This document shows positions 49,527 to 64,000 of a stretch of DNA of 64,000 bases, piece by piece. Numbering within the stretch: the stretch's first letter is position 1; every line of letters starts with the position of its first letter. The stretch is from Eledone cirrhosa (lineage: Eukaryota), in the NCBI GenBank assembly GCA_964016885.1, contig OZ024742.1:78988001-79052000 (forward strand), given 5' to 3'. A model generated the notes under the pieces. The model saw only the letters and a list, made by a program, of their open reading frames with translations. It did no database searches and was not told the origin of the DNA. A program made the translations under genes and the position numbers.

Positions 49527-51819
49527 TAGCGTGGAAAAATGGACGTTAAATGGTGATGATGATGATATATATACAAATATGTCTCATTTATTATTCATAT
49601 ATAAAGAATCTAATAAACTAGTCAATAATATTTTCCTACCTCCCCCCCATGCTCTCTATCTCTTTCTCACTTTATCATTTACATCTCTGCATGTGTGTGC
49701 GTGTTTGTGCATGAGTCAAACATACATTACTCTCTATCTGTTTATGTATACAAATGTATGTGTGTTGCTCATGCTTATCTCAATATTAGTTGGGACTTGT
49801 TTCTATACATGTCTGTATTTGAATATATATATATTATAAATGTACATCATATATATGTGTGTGTGTGTGTGTCTCCTCCCTCTCTCACTCTATCTCTCTC
49901 TGTTTAACAAAGACCACCAATTGCCTTAATTTGAATGTAAATAAATCTACATCAATCCAATGCTTTCATCCAGAAACTCAAGCCAAGGCAATCCATAAAC
50001 CTACATTGAAACAAACACATCAGACCCTATATCACACAAGATAGAGTAAAAATCAAACACATGCTTCAAGACTACACTCCAATTCTTCCAGCAAAACAAT
50101 AATGAACCTGCACGATTAACTGGTATGAGGGGGCAGTAGTTTCTGACCTCTACAAGATGGAAACTGGATTCTCACATGCATTCCTGCACTCTACCAAGTG
50201 TCTGATGTGCATTTTATCATGACAACCTCTCAAACGGACTGGGGGCTTGCCGGTACTTTGGCATGTTTCCTATGGTGGGATGCCCTTCCTTTCATCAACC
50301 ACATCACCAACATTAGAAAGGTTCTTGAGTCCTTAACACTGAAAGGTTCTTGAGTCCTTAACACTAGGTATGGGTCCCTTTGATCCTTTTCTAGCATAGT
50401 TTCAATAGCTGGATGTCCTTCCTATCTCCAACAACCTTACAGGGTATACAGGGTGCATCTTTCATAGTACCAGCACTAGTGATTTTGTTGTTTCAATACT
50501 GGACGATCTTCTCAACCCTTTTTGGCAGGGTTTCTACAGATAGAACCCCTTCCTAATACCTACTACTTTACAGTGAATGTCAGCTGTATTTTATCATGGT
50601 ACCAACACTAAGAGAGTTGTCAGTCATAGATATGACTAAAGGCCCTATCTACATTATGGATGGGGGTTAGCTATAGGGCAATAGGGGAGGTAATAAGGAA
50701 GATAGATATATCATGGGTACATGACAAGAAGTGCATTGAAGGGGTAACAGGTATGATGAAGGGGTGGTCAAGTGGTGATGTGGTGGAAGAAAGGATGAAG
50801 AAAGTATATCATGGGTATAAAACAGGTGTGGTTGAGTTTGACAGGTGGCTGAGAAGGTTGTTTCTGAGGTTGGTGCTAGGAAGGGCATTCAGCTGTAGAA
50901 ACCAAGTGAAAAATCAGTTCTGTATGAGCAAGACAGTCACCTGACATGGCATTACTCACAACAGGATAACTCGTCTAAACCATGGTAGCATGAAAAATGG
51001 ACATTAAATGGTGATGATGATGATGATGATTATTTATATATATATATATATATACGAGAAGATAAATTTTGTTTGTGTAGATCAAATCAATTATGTTTAT
51101 GGTGAAACAATATAAATATGGAGGGCTGCTTAACAAATATTTTCTTCTGAACGTGTTCCTTGGGGTTGCATAGCATTGGTATCCAGTTACAAAGGTTATG
51201 GCACAATTTCCAAGGAGAAAATCATGGAATAAGTATAAATATGGTAATAGGAAAAAGTAGACAGAAGAGAAATGTATTGTGTTCAATCTTTAACATATGT
51301 TTCTGTACAGTTACGGAATCATCTACATGTGCTAACTGCATTATACAATGCTCATTCATATGTATTACATGTCTATGATTGCATTTCATCAGAAAGAAAT
51401 TAACAGAGAATAAGAAAAAAATTGGTTATACTCCAATGTATGGGATGTATGGGTACTGCATTTCTGCAATAAATAGACCAAGCATAGATACAATATTTGT
51501 AAGCATGGGGGGGGGGGGGGGAGATTACAATCCAAATGACCAATGAGAAGAATATTTGAGTTACAAGTAGAGAGAGTTTAGAAAGAGGAAGGATTGAGAC
51601 TGGTCAAAAAACGTACTTAATTCATATATTGTGGATAGGGGAAGAAGGGTCAAGAAAAAGAAAAAAAAGGCTCTTTATTTAACAATGGGGTTTTAACACT
51701 GAAATATTGTGAAAGTTTATGTAAAAGTGTAGGCAGTTCTTTCATCCTACTGTACTCTTATTTTCCATCCTTTAGTCCTAACTTACACTATACTCTTTCT
51801 GAAAGCAATTCTTTGTGTA

Positions 51820-51894
<75 letters not shown>

Positions 51895-52089
51895 ACATGA
51901 ATATATACACATATGTACACGCATATATGCAAGCATACATTTATATACAGATACCCATGCCAGCATGAGAAAATGGACAGAAAACGGTGATGATGATGAT
52001 ATACACATATACATATATGTGCATCATCATCCTTTAACATCCATCTTCCACATACACATACATGTCTATACAGATATATATATATATAT

Positions 52090-52308
52090 AGATAGGTTGG
52101 AATTTATCAAGTCGTCCTAGGTATTTCTGGGTCTACCTACTCCGTAGCTTCCATCTATTTTGATCTCCCTGCACTTTTTTATACAGCTGTTGTCTTTCAT
52201 GCGCATCACGTGATCATACCAACGTAGTCTTCTCTCGAGTAAACAGCATCTGATCCCTCATATTCCTAATTTCTCACTTAGTTCATCTATGCTTTGCCGT
52301 TCACGTAT
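52090..52308 (-). mobile_element. Internal RTE ORF fragment lacking the 3'UTR
   Basis: Reverse complement encodes ERQSIDELSEKLGI*GIRCCLLERRLRWYDHVMRMK. Confidence 0.75.
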
Positions 52309-52313
52309 ATATA

Positions 52314-52361
<48 letters not shown>

Positions 52362-53936
52362 AACACACACACACACATAATTAGTTGTTTGGGCAATTGA
52401 GTACATAGAGGTTTTCATGTGTGTACTAAGGTACATAGTCATACAGAGAAAGTAAAGCATAGTTGATACATGTTGAAACATATATAGCAGAGAATAAAAT
52501 GTATAATTATGGTCAAGTGAATCTTTCATCTTTCTACAAGAAGCAATAAGGTAAACACTGAGAATATACAGCAGCCCCACCCACTTTATCTCATGTAACT
52601 AATCTTTTATGACGATATATGTTTATGTGTGTATATATATGTATGTGTGGAGGGAAAGAGATATAGGAGAGAGCCTAACAGAGGTAGAGAGAGTAAAGAG
52701 ATAGGTGGCAATAATCTTCATTAAAATGATTAGTGTGTGTCATCATCATCATTGTTTTTGCCTCCACTTGCCTCGTTCCATCGTCATCTGTGAGTCTCAG
52801 AAATTTGAGGTCATTACTCTTCCAAGGTCTTTCTTGGTCTACCTCTACTGTAGCTTCCTACCACTGGGATTTGTGGATATGAATATTTTGTTTATCATTA
52901 ACTCAGATGTGAAGTACAGTAAATATGACCCTGTTCAACCCAGACAACTGCTGGCAAAGAAAGGGTGACAGAGGACCTGGTTTCACTGCTTTCAACAGAG
53001 TGAACTTTATTAAAGGTACCCAAGGGCCATGTGGTGGTGTTAAACAGGCCAATGGATAAGACAATGGTCAAAACAAATTAAAGAGACCTATTTGGAATCA
53101 TTTCAACACAATCCTGTTTACAAGAAAATATTATCTAGCACTATATTACTTAATGTGTCCTTCCGGAATGTGATTCAAGAGAGATTTCTCTGATATTTCA
53201 GGTATGTATCTAACTTGGAGAGATTTGAACACCAAGCTTAGAGGCATAAAACAAAACATCATCTTATCATCCACAATAGCTATCAAGATATGACACACTT
53301 TATATATAATTATACATTTTATTATCTACCCTATATCAATTACTGGTATGCATTTAACTTGGAAAGATGTGAACCTAGTGTCTAGTTGCACAAAACAAAA
53401 CATTATAGAGTATACTTCATCTAAATTTCTACAATAGCTACCATGATGTGACCCATTTTATATATTTATTTTGTTTCAAAATATTTATTAATGATATGTG
53501 TAAAAGGTGTGTAAAGATGATCAGAGAATATTGCGATCATATTTGTGTGTGGAGTGATGAGGTTAATATTCAGATCAATGTATAATAATGTAGCCCAATC
53601 TTGGCTCATAAACCTCTCCATGCATAAATGACCATCATCTCTTAGCATCTTAGAAACCATTTACTGATGACATCGTCTCTCAATGGCAATCAAGTATGAT
53701 TAGCAAAACTTATTCCATTGTTAATGTAATACAACTGTTGAAAACGTTTCAGCATTCTAAATTTGTAATCAACCAAAATGACATTGTTCAACACTCCACA
53801 CTCATCTATTCTCTCTCTCTTTCTCTCCCTATCATCTCTTTATATAAATATATATATATATGAATGAATATATCTTTAGCTCTTTCTCTATCTTTCTATA
53901 TTTCTCTCTCGCTCACCCTCCCTCTATCTATGTCTA

Positions 53937-53977
<41 letters not shown>

Positions 53978-54225
53978 CACACACATACAGGCACACCCCT
54001 TTGAAAAGATATGATAGTGAGAGAGAGAGAGAGGCAGACAGAGAGAGAGATGGGATTATTAGTTGAGGCAGGTTTCAACCATTTCCAACATTCTAATTAG
54101 CTAATGCCAAGATGTTAATTAAATTAGGAAATGAGCTGCAAATTGCTATACTTCAGTTTCATTTTGAGTATTATTGACGGTGCCATTTGTCCAACCAAAT
54201 AAATTGATATTAATACATAACTATA

Positions 54226-54260
<35 letters not shown>

Positions 54261-54419
54261 TCATGCATACTTCTCTCTGTGCTTCTATACACATACACAT
54301 GTGCATACACACATATATACACACTCATATATATGTGTGTGTGTGCTCATATACTTATACATATGTATGTACAAATATCTAGAAAGACAGGTCATACATG
54401 CACTCTCTCATACACATAC

Positions 54420-54472
54420 TTTTATGTGGTCGGGGTTGTGAATGTAGTAAGCATCACTCAGACATACTTGAC
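54420..54472 (-). CDS. Candidate 53-nt exon ((G)QVCLSDAYYIHNPDHIK, phase 1 to 0)
   Basis: Minus strand: ttcttttgtcagttttcctgtttcttAG acceptor and GTATGT donor; open frame. Confidence 0.35.
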
Positions 54473-55803
54473 CTAAGAAACAGGAAAACTGACAAAAGAA
54501 CAATTTACTTGGAATTATAACTATTGCCATTCCAACTTAATATAGGACTGTCCTCAAAAGATAAAACTTGAAACATGAAGACTAATTTTCAAATATAACA
54601 GATAATAAATTATTTGCAGGATGGACAATTGGCTGCAGTAAACACACCCATACTGATAATATCTTATCACATTTATTTAACTCATCAAGCTCCTGAACAT
54701 TTCACAATTTTGACAGTGGATTCTTGAACCGAATTAAAATATATATGCACTTTTGTTCCTTGTATGAGCATAAATGAATAATATATCAGCTCTCATACCT
54801 GATTGAGTGGTGTTTTCCTTTTTCGTTTTTCACACTCATGCATATTTTACTATATATATATACATATATATACATATACATACATACATACATACATACA
54901 TACACATACATATACATACATACATACATACACATACATCATCATCATCAAGGAACATAGACGTTAAATAATGAGGATGAGATATATATATATATATACA
55001 TATATATTGCACCAGTAAATCTGGTTTCGTGACTTGGATCCACAATAATGGAAACATTCCCACAAACACACAGGCATACTTCCTGTGATCATATGGGCCA
55101 TAGGTGATATGAAATGAAGTCTTTCACTGGCCAAGAAGTTTCATGCTGATTTGTTTATAAACAATGATAACTGACTCTCAAAACATATACTAAATACATA
55201 GTTTATAAATAATTAAAAAGGAATTTACAATTCATCTACGTTTACATATTTAAAAAAAAGGTTGAAAAAAAAATGACTTTTTGTGTTGTGAGTGTTATTC
55301 TGTTGTAGGTATTAGAGTGTTGTGGATGATAATTCAGGCACTCCTATTCAAAGGATTAAGATACATAAATATAAATTACCTGTTACAAGGTGCAAGTTTA
55401 ATATATTTGGTAATGACAGGCTGTGTGTGAATGAACTAATATTGTCACTTGGTCACTCAATTTATTAGAAATAGCAGCCAAATGTTGCTGAAATCATGCT
55501 CTACCATCTTGTAAGAGGGGGGAAATATTAAAAAATGTAGACCTTGATATAAAAAAAAGTGATTGTTATAGTTGAATACCTTAAAATATACATCTAATTG
55601 ATCAAATCTGGCCTGGGGTTAAAATTTGATAATTCTTTCTACTTTTGGCACAAGACCAGCAATTTGAGGGGAGTGGGAAAATTGATTAAAACACCCCCCA
55701 GTGTGCTACCAGTACGCTATGTTATCAACCTTTAAGGATGAAAAGCAAAGTTAACTTTCGGTTGCTATTTGCTATTTTCAACTAGTCAAGTAAACATTTA
55801 AAA

Positions 55804-57064
55804 CTGGGGGTGGGAACATTTTGAATCTAAAGAGCCATTTTTAGCAAAGAAAAAAATATTCAGACTGTCAGAGCTGCATAATTTATTATAAACAATAATA
55901 CATGTTCAGATAAATGGTGCTAAATCGAAACCATTCAATGTGGGAGTCAGACTTCACCAAGGGTGCGTACTGTCACCTCTCCTGTTCATTATTTACGTAA
56001 ACAGGATTGATGTGTGCTGCCATGTTGGAAGTGGTATCATGACTGGCAGGTGTAAAATCAATTGGCTGGATTTTTGCAGACAATGTGGTGTTACTTAACT
56101 CAACAGAAGATGATCTTTGATTTAATACTTGATAGGTTTGATGCCGAGTGCTGCATGGCTCAAATGAAAATCAGTGCTGAGAAAACTGAGGCACTTGTCC
56201 TCCCAAGGAAGCCTGCACATAGCACTCTACACGTGAATGGAATTCCACTGAAGCAGGTAGAGAAGTTCAAGCATCTCAGGGCCATGTTCCGAGTGATGGC
56301 AGACAGGAGGCTGAATTAAGTGCAAGAATTGCAGGAGCTAGTGCAGTAATGTGCCAGCTTCAGCCTTCAGTAATCAGAAGGGAGGTAGACATAAAAGCCA
56401 AACTCACTACCTGCAATTCAGTATTCGTGCCAACCCTTATGGTCATGAATCTTGGGTAATGATCGAAAGAATACAACCGTGAATAAAAGCGGCCAAAATG
56501 GGATTCCTCCGAAGGGTCTTTGGAGTAAAGTTACTTGATAAAATGCGAAGCTTGGAGATGAGAGACTCACTCCAAGTAAAGCCGCTACTTCTCAAAATTG
56601 AGAGATACAGCTCTGATACTATGGGCATGTGGTTATAATGTCCCAGGAAAGAATCGCTGGACAGATTTTAAGGACAAAACCAACCAGCAGGAAACCCAGG
56701 AGGAGACCCAAGAGTAGACCCTGAGCAAGATGGTTAGGCAATATCCATGAGCTTGACTGGTCATGATTGGGGATCCAGCTGGATCAGTAGGAGATGGTTG
56801 CTTCTGACAGAACTCACTGGAAGAAGTGTTTGAGCATTCTGCCCCACAATCCTCTCCGGAATAAGAGGACAAAGAAGAAGAAAACATACATTAAGCTAAC
56901 TGTTTTCTTACTTAATGCAATATTTTGGCTTGGAATTTTAACTTAAATTGCTTCATCATTCAGGTTATAAGATCAGCTTTTTATTCTAATCCAATAAAAT
57001 AAATTCCAGAACATTTAAGAGCCACTGAAGATAAGTTAAAGAGTTGCAGATTTCCAACCGCTTG
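55804..57064. mobile_element. Degenerate hAT-type MITE interrupted by an RTE LINE
   Basis: CTGGGGGTGGGAAC...AAGAGCCA left end and GAGCCA...GATTTCCAACCGCTTG right end. Confidence 0.4.
55903..56882 (+). mobile_element. Older RTE-clade LINE (distinct family, (AAG)n tail), pseudogenised
   Basis: VQINGAKSKPFNVGVRLHQGCVLSPLLFIIY, FADNVVLL, KISAEKTE, LKQVEKFKHL; no Cys-rich insert; many stops. Confidence 0.8.
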
Positions 57065-57502
57065 AAGCTCCCTCATTGATTAATAGGATTGACAAGCAAG
57101 GACTTCTTCATAATATAGCAGAAAAAAAGAGACTACAACTATTTATTAATCTATTATCTTGCAAATGTTATGTTACCTGAAAGATCCTTGAGAAAACTAA
57201 CCAAGTTTTAAAGATATGACATAACAGAGGTTATTACTATAATCGTAGCTGAAGAAAATCTAAATAAAGACACAATCTACAATGTACATAACAGCACTTA
57301 AACTAATCTCTTACATAGTAAACTTTCTCCAGTTTACCCAGTTTAATACCACTCCCAACTCTTGAGTGGCTTTAGCAGAAAATACTGTTGGAAATATCCA
57401 GTTGAGATCTCTGGTCTGAAGGTAGCTTCTTCAATTCCTCACATCATTTTAAGAAAAGGTCACTGGCACTGCCTTTCATTTTTTGATATCATCATGACCA
57501 CC

Positions 57503-57506
<4 letters not shown>

Positions 57507-57564
<58 letters not shown>
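57507..57564. repeat. (ATA)n microsatellite
   Basis: ~19 perfect units. Confidence 0.95.
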
Positions 57565-57567
<3 letters not shown>

Positions 57568-57904
57568 TGTTCAAATCACTGACAGCCAAAACAGGTGATT
57601 AGATGGCTTCAGTAAAACACACACATGTGTGTGTGTGTGTGTGTGTGTGCACATAACTTTCATATATATATATATACCATGTTTTTTTATTTTTCGAAAA
57701 ACATTTTAAGTTCTTTTTCCTTCCTATATTGTCCACAAGTAGTGATTAGGATAAAACTGACTGACAGATGATAGATAAAAATAAATAGGTAAATAAATAA
57801 ATAAGTGAATAAATAAGAAGTAGAAGTTTTATGAGACTGATGATCAAACTGATAAAAGAACTTGTTAGGTTTAAGAATTATTATTGACCCAATAATAGTT
57901 CTAC

Positions 57905-58282
57905 TTGCAGCAGCAGCAGCAGTGGTGGTGGTGGTGATGATGATGAAGCTGGTGGAGGTAGTGGTTGTGATGGTGGTGGTTGTAGTGAAGGCAGTGGAGG
58001 TTGTGTTTGTAGTGGAGGTGATGGTAGTGGGGGTGATGGTAGTCATAGTGGTGGAGTAGCAATGGTGTTGAAATGGTGGTGATGAGATGGTGGTGGTGAT
58101 GGTGATGGTGATGGTGAAATGGTGGTGGTGGTGAAGGAGGTGGGGATGATAGTGATAATGATGGTGATGGTGTTGGAGATGTGATGGTGGTGATGAATGG
58201 TGGAGATGATGGTGATGGTGTGATAGTTGTAGTAATGGATGGGGTGATGATGATGATGATATAGTGGAGTTGATGGTGGTGG
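57905..58282. repeat. GGT/GAT low-complexity tract
   Basis: Visible trinucleotide mosaic. Confidence 0.85.
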
Positions 58283-58652
58283 TCAGCCATCAAAGTTCAG
58301 CTGAACAGCAATTAGAGAGCACAGCCCCAGAGTGTCAGTATTAACTGTTTCTTGTTTTGTTTTTATTTTAGAGTATAGAAATGATAATTGTAATCAATGG
58401 TGTTCAGTAAAGTTCTAGTTAGCCAATCAGATTCATTGATCTTGGGATTTATTTGCACTGTCCTCTTGAACCTGTAAACTAAGTCGGTTGTCTCCAGATC
58501 AATAGCTAGACATCTTTATTTCTTCTCATTTATTCATTTATTTATTTATATTACACTCATACACACATGTGTATACATGTGTGTATATATATGTACACAC
58601 ACATTTATATATATATATATATATATATATAAACATACATATATGTATCTAC

Positions 58653-58698
<46 letters not shown>

Positions 58699-58729
58699 AT
58701 ATATATAAACATACATATATGTATCTACG

Positions 58730-58797
<68 letters not shown>

Positions 58798-58829
58798 CAT
58801 ATATATAAACATACATATATGTATCGACG

Positions 58830-58862
<33 letters not shown>

Positions 58863-60197
58863 GTGTGTATATATATATGTGTATGTATGTATATGTGTAT
58901 ATATATATGTGTGTATATATATGTGTGTGTATATATATGTGTGTGTGTTTGTGTATTGAAGTGTTTGATTGCATCGTTTTATGTTTTTCTTGTTTTCATA
59001 ATTTATCTTTATTGGTGGCTTTTATTTATGTTGTTGTTATCATTGTATTATTGATTTTTTCTTTATTTATGGCCTTCTTTCTTTCTTTTTTTTTAATACC
59101 TGGATAGTTCATAGTTTGAGGAAAATAAATAAATCCACTACCCCCACCCCCACTTCAAACACCATCTCAAAAGAAAAAAGAAAAAAAAGAAAAATATATG
59201 TAAAATCTAAAAAAGAATTGGTGAAAAACTATGAGTCAGAAGAGTGAATGGAGGAGAAAAATCATGTTTCAGTTCCCAGGTTGAATAATTTCCCTAATGT
59301 ATCATCATTAATGGTTACCAGAGGATATAGATACAGGCATAAATGTCATAACCCTTCTTGTTTGACACATTCAGAAAACATATTAAGGGCTTCGTGTCTT
59401 ATGTAAATAAAACCTCACACATATTTTTTTGTTATATATACATGTATATACATATATATATGTGTGTGTGTGTGGTCTGTGTGAGTGTGTTGTGTGTGTG
59501 GTCTGTGTGAGTGTGTTGTGTGTGTGGGTGGTGTGAGTGTGTGTGTGTATGAATGTGTGTGTATGAGTGTGTGTGTGTGAGTGAGTATGTGTGTGTGATT
59601 GTGTGTGAGTGTGTGTGTGTGTGAGTGTGTGTGTGTGTGAGTGTGTGTGTGTGTGAGTGAGTGTGTATACAAACATATATATATATATATAAAAGAATTT
59701 GAGATGAGGCCTTGAGCTAGATGTCATCTGAACAGCATCTAATTGAATAGCTAGTGTCAATACCAATTATTTTACAGTATTGATAATGGTTTTACAAGCT
59801 GGCAGAGAGCCAGAAATCTGCAGGGAAGCAGTTGATTGTATTGACACCTTTCTATATATGAATGACAGTTGATTGAGGGCACAAGAGAACAAGCAGGAAT
59901 CATCAAGTCTGGTAGGAGGAAGGGAGAGAGGGTCCAAGGTGTGCTCAAACTGAAAACCTTGTCAGAATGAAGTAAGCTAAAGATACCCAAGGGTCAATTG
60001 ATAGTGTGAAACCTATTAACTGATTAGATCTACCCCCAAAATAAACCACAACAGGACTTCAACTAAAAATAGAGAGAGCACAAATAAATACTGCAAGGCC
60101 TCCTATACAATGTTCTAATGACTGTCAGTTCACTGCCCTGGACTGCTATCGTGTCGCTTGAGTGATTTGCCAAAGGCACCCTTCAAGAAATACAATA

Positions 60198-60405
60198 ATT
60201 GGCAGTATCAGTAGAACATTCAACAACATGCTTTGCATCATAGAATTGTGGCCTTTTACGTTCTGAGTGCAAATCCCACCAGGGTTAGCTTTGCTTTTCA
60301 CCCCTACAGCATTTATAAAGTACCAGCAATGTACTGAGGTCAATTGAATTAACTTTCCCCTCTCCATAAAATTATTGGCCTTGTGCCTAAATCAGAAACT
60401 ATTAT
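60198..60405 (+). mobile_element. Older, diverged family M-related SINE
   Basis: TTGGCAGTATCAGTAG...CAAATCCCACC...AAGTACCAG...TGGCCTTGTGCCTAAA. Confidence 0.7.
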
Positions 60406-62045
60406 TAATACTACTCTTTAAAAATATTGATATTATGTTGCATAGTAAAAAATCAAATCAAATCAATAACTATCACTATCAAAATAATATTATCAGGGAA
60501 AACACTATATATATTTTAAAAGAATTATATACTTAGTTCATGAGCTGCTTTTGTTATTGTTTAACGCTAGGTCAACTCTAAGCAAGCAAATCTATGACAA
60601 AATTCATCCAGCATTAACCATCTCCCATATTAGGAGGCAACTATGACTACATTATCTAATGTATTCTCCATGTGTTTAAGTCAATAGGGGGTAATTTGAG
60701 AGGGTATTTGGTTGCTACACCAAGCAAGTTAAGCAAATCCATCGAGGGTTAACCATTGGCTCAATTAGCTGCTTTTGATTTTCTGTGATAGCTTTATTGC
60801 TTCAACTGACTTACTGTGCTAATAGATTTGAGAAACCTTTATATGTCACATAATCTCACTCCTCCTTCTCTATTTAATATCTCATATATTTAGAAAGCTT
60901 CTATCTCCATCTCCTTATTATTGTGAATTTCATTGCTACTACTACAACCACCACCATCACCACCACAACACAACTACTACTACTTCTATTTTTTCCATAA
61001 AGGAATTGTCATTATCATCATCACCTTTTAACATCTTTTTTTTTCATGCTAGCATAGGTAAGATGAGTTGTCCCATTTGAGGCAAGTCAAATCAGGTGAC
61101 CAAGTCTTTTTCATACAAAACTGTTTCTGGATTGGTTTCTTTTCTACGGTTGGATGCCCTTCTTAATGCCAACAACATCTTCTCCAGTAAATTTATGAAG
61201 TGGTGGGTGAATTTGCGAAATGGCAAGAATGAATGACTCTACTACCAGCTTATGCCTGTAAGACTATCAATGAGAGTTGGGAGTAGGTACCAACCTTTGG
61301 TGATCAGGGTGATTGTGGATCGGTGGGATTCCCCAATTAATCTTAGGTCTTCAGTTCTTTGTACCAGGAGGACTGAATGCCTTATATAATTGTATAGTAT
61401 GTATACCTAGCTTGTATACTACATATATTGTTACCCATTTTCTCATATCTATATAAAGCTCCATCTTGAAGTTGTAACTTGTCTTTGTAATCTCTCTATT
61501 AAACTGATGCCCTTGTGGCAATTAAAAGAAATTATTGTTATTATTATTGTTGTTGTTGTTATGTTAGAAGTAGTAGGCGTACTTTACTCGATGCTTTTCA
61601 ACAATATTGAGTATGGTAAGTTTTAGTTCAAAGTTCAATCTGACTCTTCATTGAAAGGTGAAGGAGGAGAAATAGCAAATGTTGTAGAAATATAAGTGAG
61701 ATTGATTCAATCAACTGTGCTTCGACTACACAATATTTGCTTTCAGGTAGACATTTATAACTATAAGTAGTTGTGTCATTGTTATTCTAAGGACAAAGTG
61801 TGGTAGAATGGTAGAATCATTAGAGCATCGGGCATAATTATTTACAGCCCTTTAAGTTCTGAGCTCTGATTACACTGAGGTCAACTTTGTCTTTTATGTT
61901 TCCAGGTTCAATACAATAAAGTGCCAGTCACATACTGGGGGCAATGCTATTGACTTTTCCACCATCAAAAATTGTTGGCTTTGTGCCTAAATAAGAAATC
62001 ATTATTAACGTCATGCTTTCTAGCATAGTTACGTCCCTTTACGGT

Positions 62046-63178
62046 CATCATCATCATCATCATCAGGTTTAGCGTCCGTGTTCCACGCTTGCATGGGTTT
62101 GGACGGGGGTTTTCCCACTTGAGGCAAGAGTGGTTGTCTTGCTCGCATAGGACTGTCTGGCGGGTTTTCTACAGTTGGATGCCCTTCCTAACACCAACCA
62201 CATTTACAGTGTGGGGCTGGGAGGTTTTTACCGTGTTGCCTACACGGCCACGTTACAGCGTGGACTGTCTGGCGGGTTTTCTACAGCTGGATGCCCTTCC
62301 TAACACCAACCACATTTACAGTGTGGGGCTGGGAGGTTTTTACCGTGTTGCCTACACGGCCACATTACAGCGTGGACTGTGTGTTTTTTTGTCGTGACAC
62401 CTACACGATCTCATTTGTTTCGGCCTGGATGTTGTGGGACCAACATAACTTTACATTGAAAGGGGCGGTGTGGATGGGGTGGAGGTGGTGGGACGGGGGT
62501 GTGTTTTGATAGAGGTGCCTACTGACTGTAGTAGGTTTTTACTTTGTATTTAGGTAAGGCGGGTCTTCTCTATTACTGAGTACCGCCAAAGGTCTCGGTC
62601 CAGTGACATTGTCTTGGAGAGGTGTAAACGTGTGAGGTCGGAATTTATCAGCTCGTCCCATGTTTTTCTGGGTCTGCCTACTCCGTGGCTACCGTCTATC
62701 TTTATTGCCCTGCACTTTGTTATACAGCTGTCGTCTTTCATGCGCATCACGTGACCGTACCAACGTAGCCTTCTCTCGAGTAAACAACATCTGATCCCTC
62801 TTATTTCTAATTTTTTCCTTAGTTCGTTTATGCTTTGCCGTTCACGTATATTACTATTGCACATCCAGTGGAGCATGCAAGCTTCGTTCCTCTCTAGTCT
62901 GCGTATATCCTCTGCACACAATGCCCAGGTCTCACTGCGATGCAGCATTGCTGTTAGTATGCAGGCATCGTATAACCTGCCTTTCATTTTTAGGGAGAAC
63001 CCTCTAGCGGCTAATAGTGGTACAAGCTCTCTTAACTTTTTCCATCCAGTTCTGACTCTAGCTACTGTACTTTCAGAGCACCCTCCCCCACTGCTGATTT
63101 TGTCACCCAGGTAACGGAAGCTGTCCACTATTTCTATAGAACCCTCTGCGCAGTTGAAGGAGCTAGTATTTTGTGGGC
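62046..63178 (-). mobile_element. RTE family 1 copy with 2x112-bp unit, inserted into a family M SINE (62010-62046 and 63179-63296)
   Basis: ORF 62550-63128; SINE sequence resumes on both sides. Confidence 0.92.
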
Positions 63179-63574
63179 GAGTTCAAATCCCGCCGAGATT
63201 AACTTTGCCTTTCATCCTTACGGGGGTCGATAAAATAAAGTACCAGTAATGTACTGGGTAATTTGCTGGCCTTGTGCCAAAAGTAGAAACAATTATTAAA
63301 ACAGACAGTGGGTGGTTGGTTGGTAAAAAAAAGCATTAAAAAAAATGCTTTGTGACATTTAGTCAGCCTTTTTACATTCTGAGTTCATATATATATCCTC
63401 CAAATCCTACTTTGATGACCTGGATATATTTTAGTGTTATCTGGCAACATTCAAGCTGAAATGCACGTAGATCTTAATAAAAATAATTTAAAGTATCAAC
63501 TTTGATTGCCAATTGATTTAAATTATATATATATGCACATATGCTTATATATATACACATATATGTGTGTGTGT

Positions 63575-64000
63575 GTAATAATATGATACATGAACAGCAA
63601 AGCATACAAGAACTGAGAGAGAAACTGGATGTAAGAGGAATCAGATGCAGTATGCAGGAGAGGAGAATGCACTGGCATGTGGTATGGACATGTGATGTGT
63701 ATGATGGACGACAGCTGTATAAAAAGGTGTAAGTGTCAGGAAAATAAGCGCCCAGTCCACACTGTAAAGTGGCTGTGCAGGGTTACAACAAAAATTGCCC
63801 TGCCCAAGCTGTAATGTAGCCATATAGTTATCACAACAAAAAGCACCCAGCCTACACTGTAAAGTAGTCATGTAGGTTACATGACAAAAGTGCCCAACCC
63901 ATGCTGTAAAGTGGTCATGTAGGTGTCATGACAAAACGCATCCAGCACACACTGTAAGTGTGGTTGGTGTTAGGAAGGGCATCCAGCCATAGAAACCAAG
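63575..64000 (+). mobile_element. Diverged RTE 3' end with ~5 tandem ~46-bp UTR units; runs off the window
   Basis: QQSIQELREKLDVRGIRCSMQERR; CACTGTAAAGTGG repeats; AGGAAGGGCATCCAG. Confidence 0.75.

Noticed and set aside
57170-57200. Further minus-strand CAG|GTAA motifs (also 55376, 16562)
   Set aside because: Poor pyrimidine tracts and weak donors

Overview
AT-rich, microsatellite-dense eukaryotic DNA; the repeat landscape suggests a coleoid cephalopod such as octopus (inference). No complete host gene is visible. Weak evidence (A-rich plus strand, minus-strand splice signals) suggests the window lies in very long introns near the 3' end of a minus-strand gene with tiny exons and at least one recursive (AG|GT) splice site. 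Most recognisable sequence is mobile DNA: about ten 5'-truncated RTE-clade LINEs with (GAT)n tails and a PHD-like C4HC3 finger inside the RT, at least two tRNA-derived SINE families, a decayed mariner with three nested insertions, piggyBac/Tc2/Tigger/hAT-type MITEs, an L1/Tx1 remnant and Penelope-like elements (PLEs). Most notable: four PLE-type insertions are fold-back palindromes in (TA)n with one shared architecture and hammerhead-ribozyme topologies with non-canonical cores (UUGAAAA; AGAAWUA), and similar 5' fold-backs occur on an RTE and a SINE copy. Coordinates were counted by eye; boundaries of degenerate repeats are approximate.
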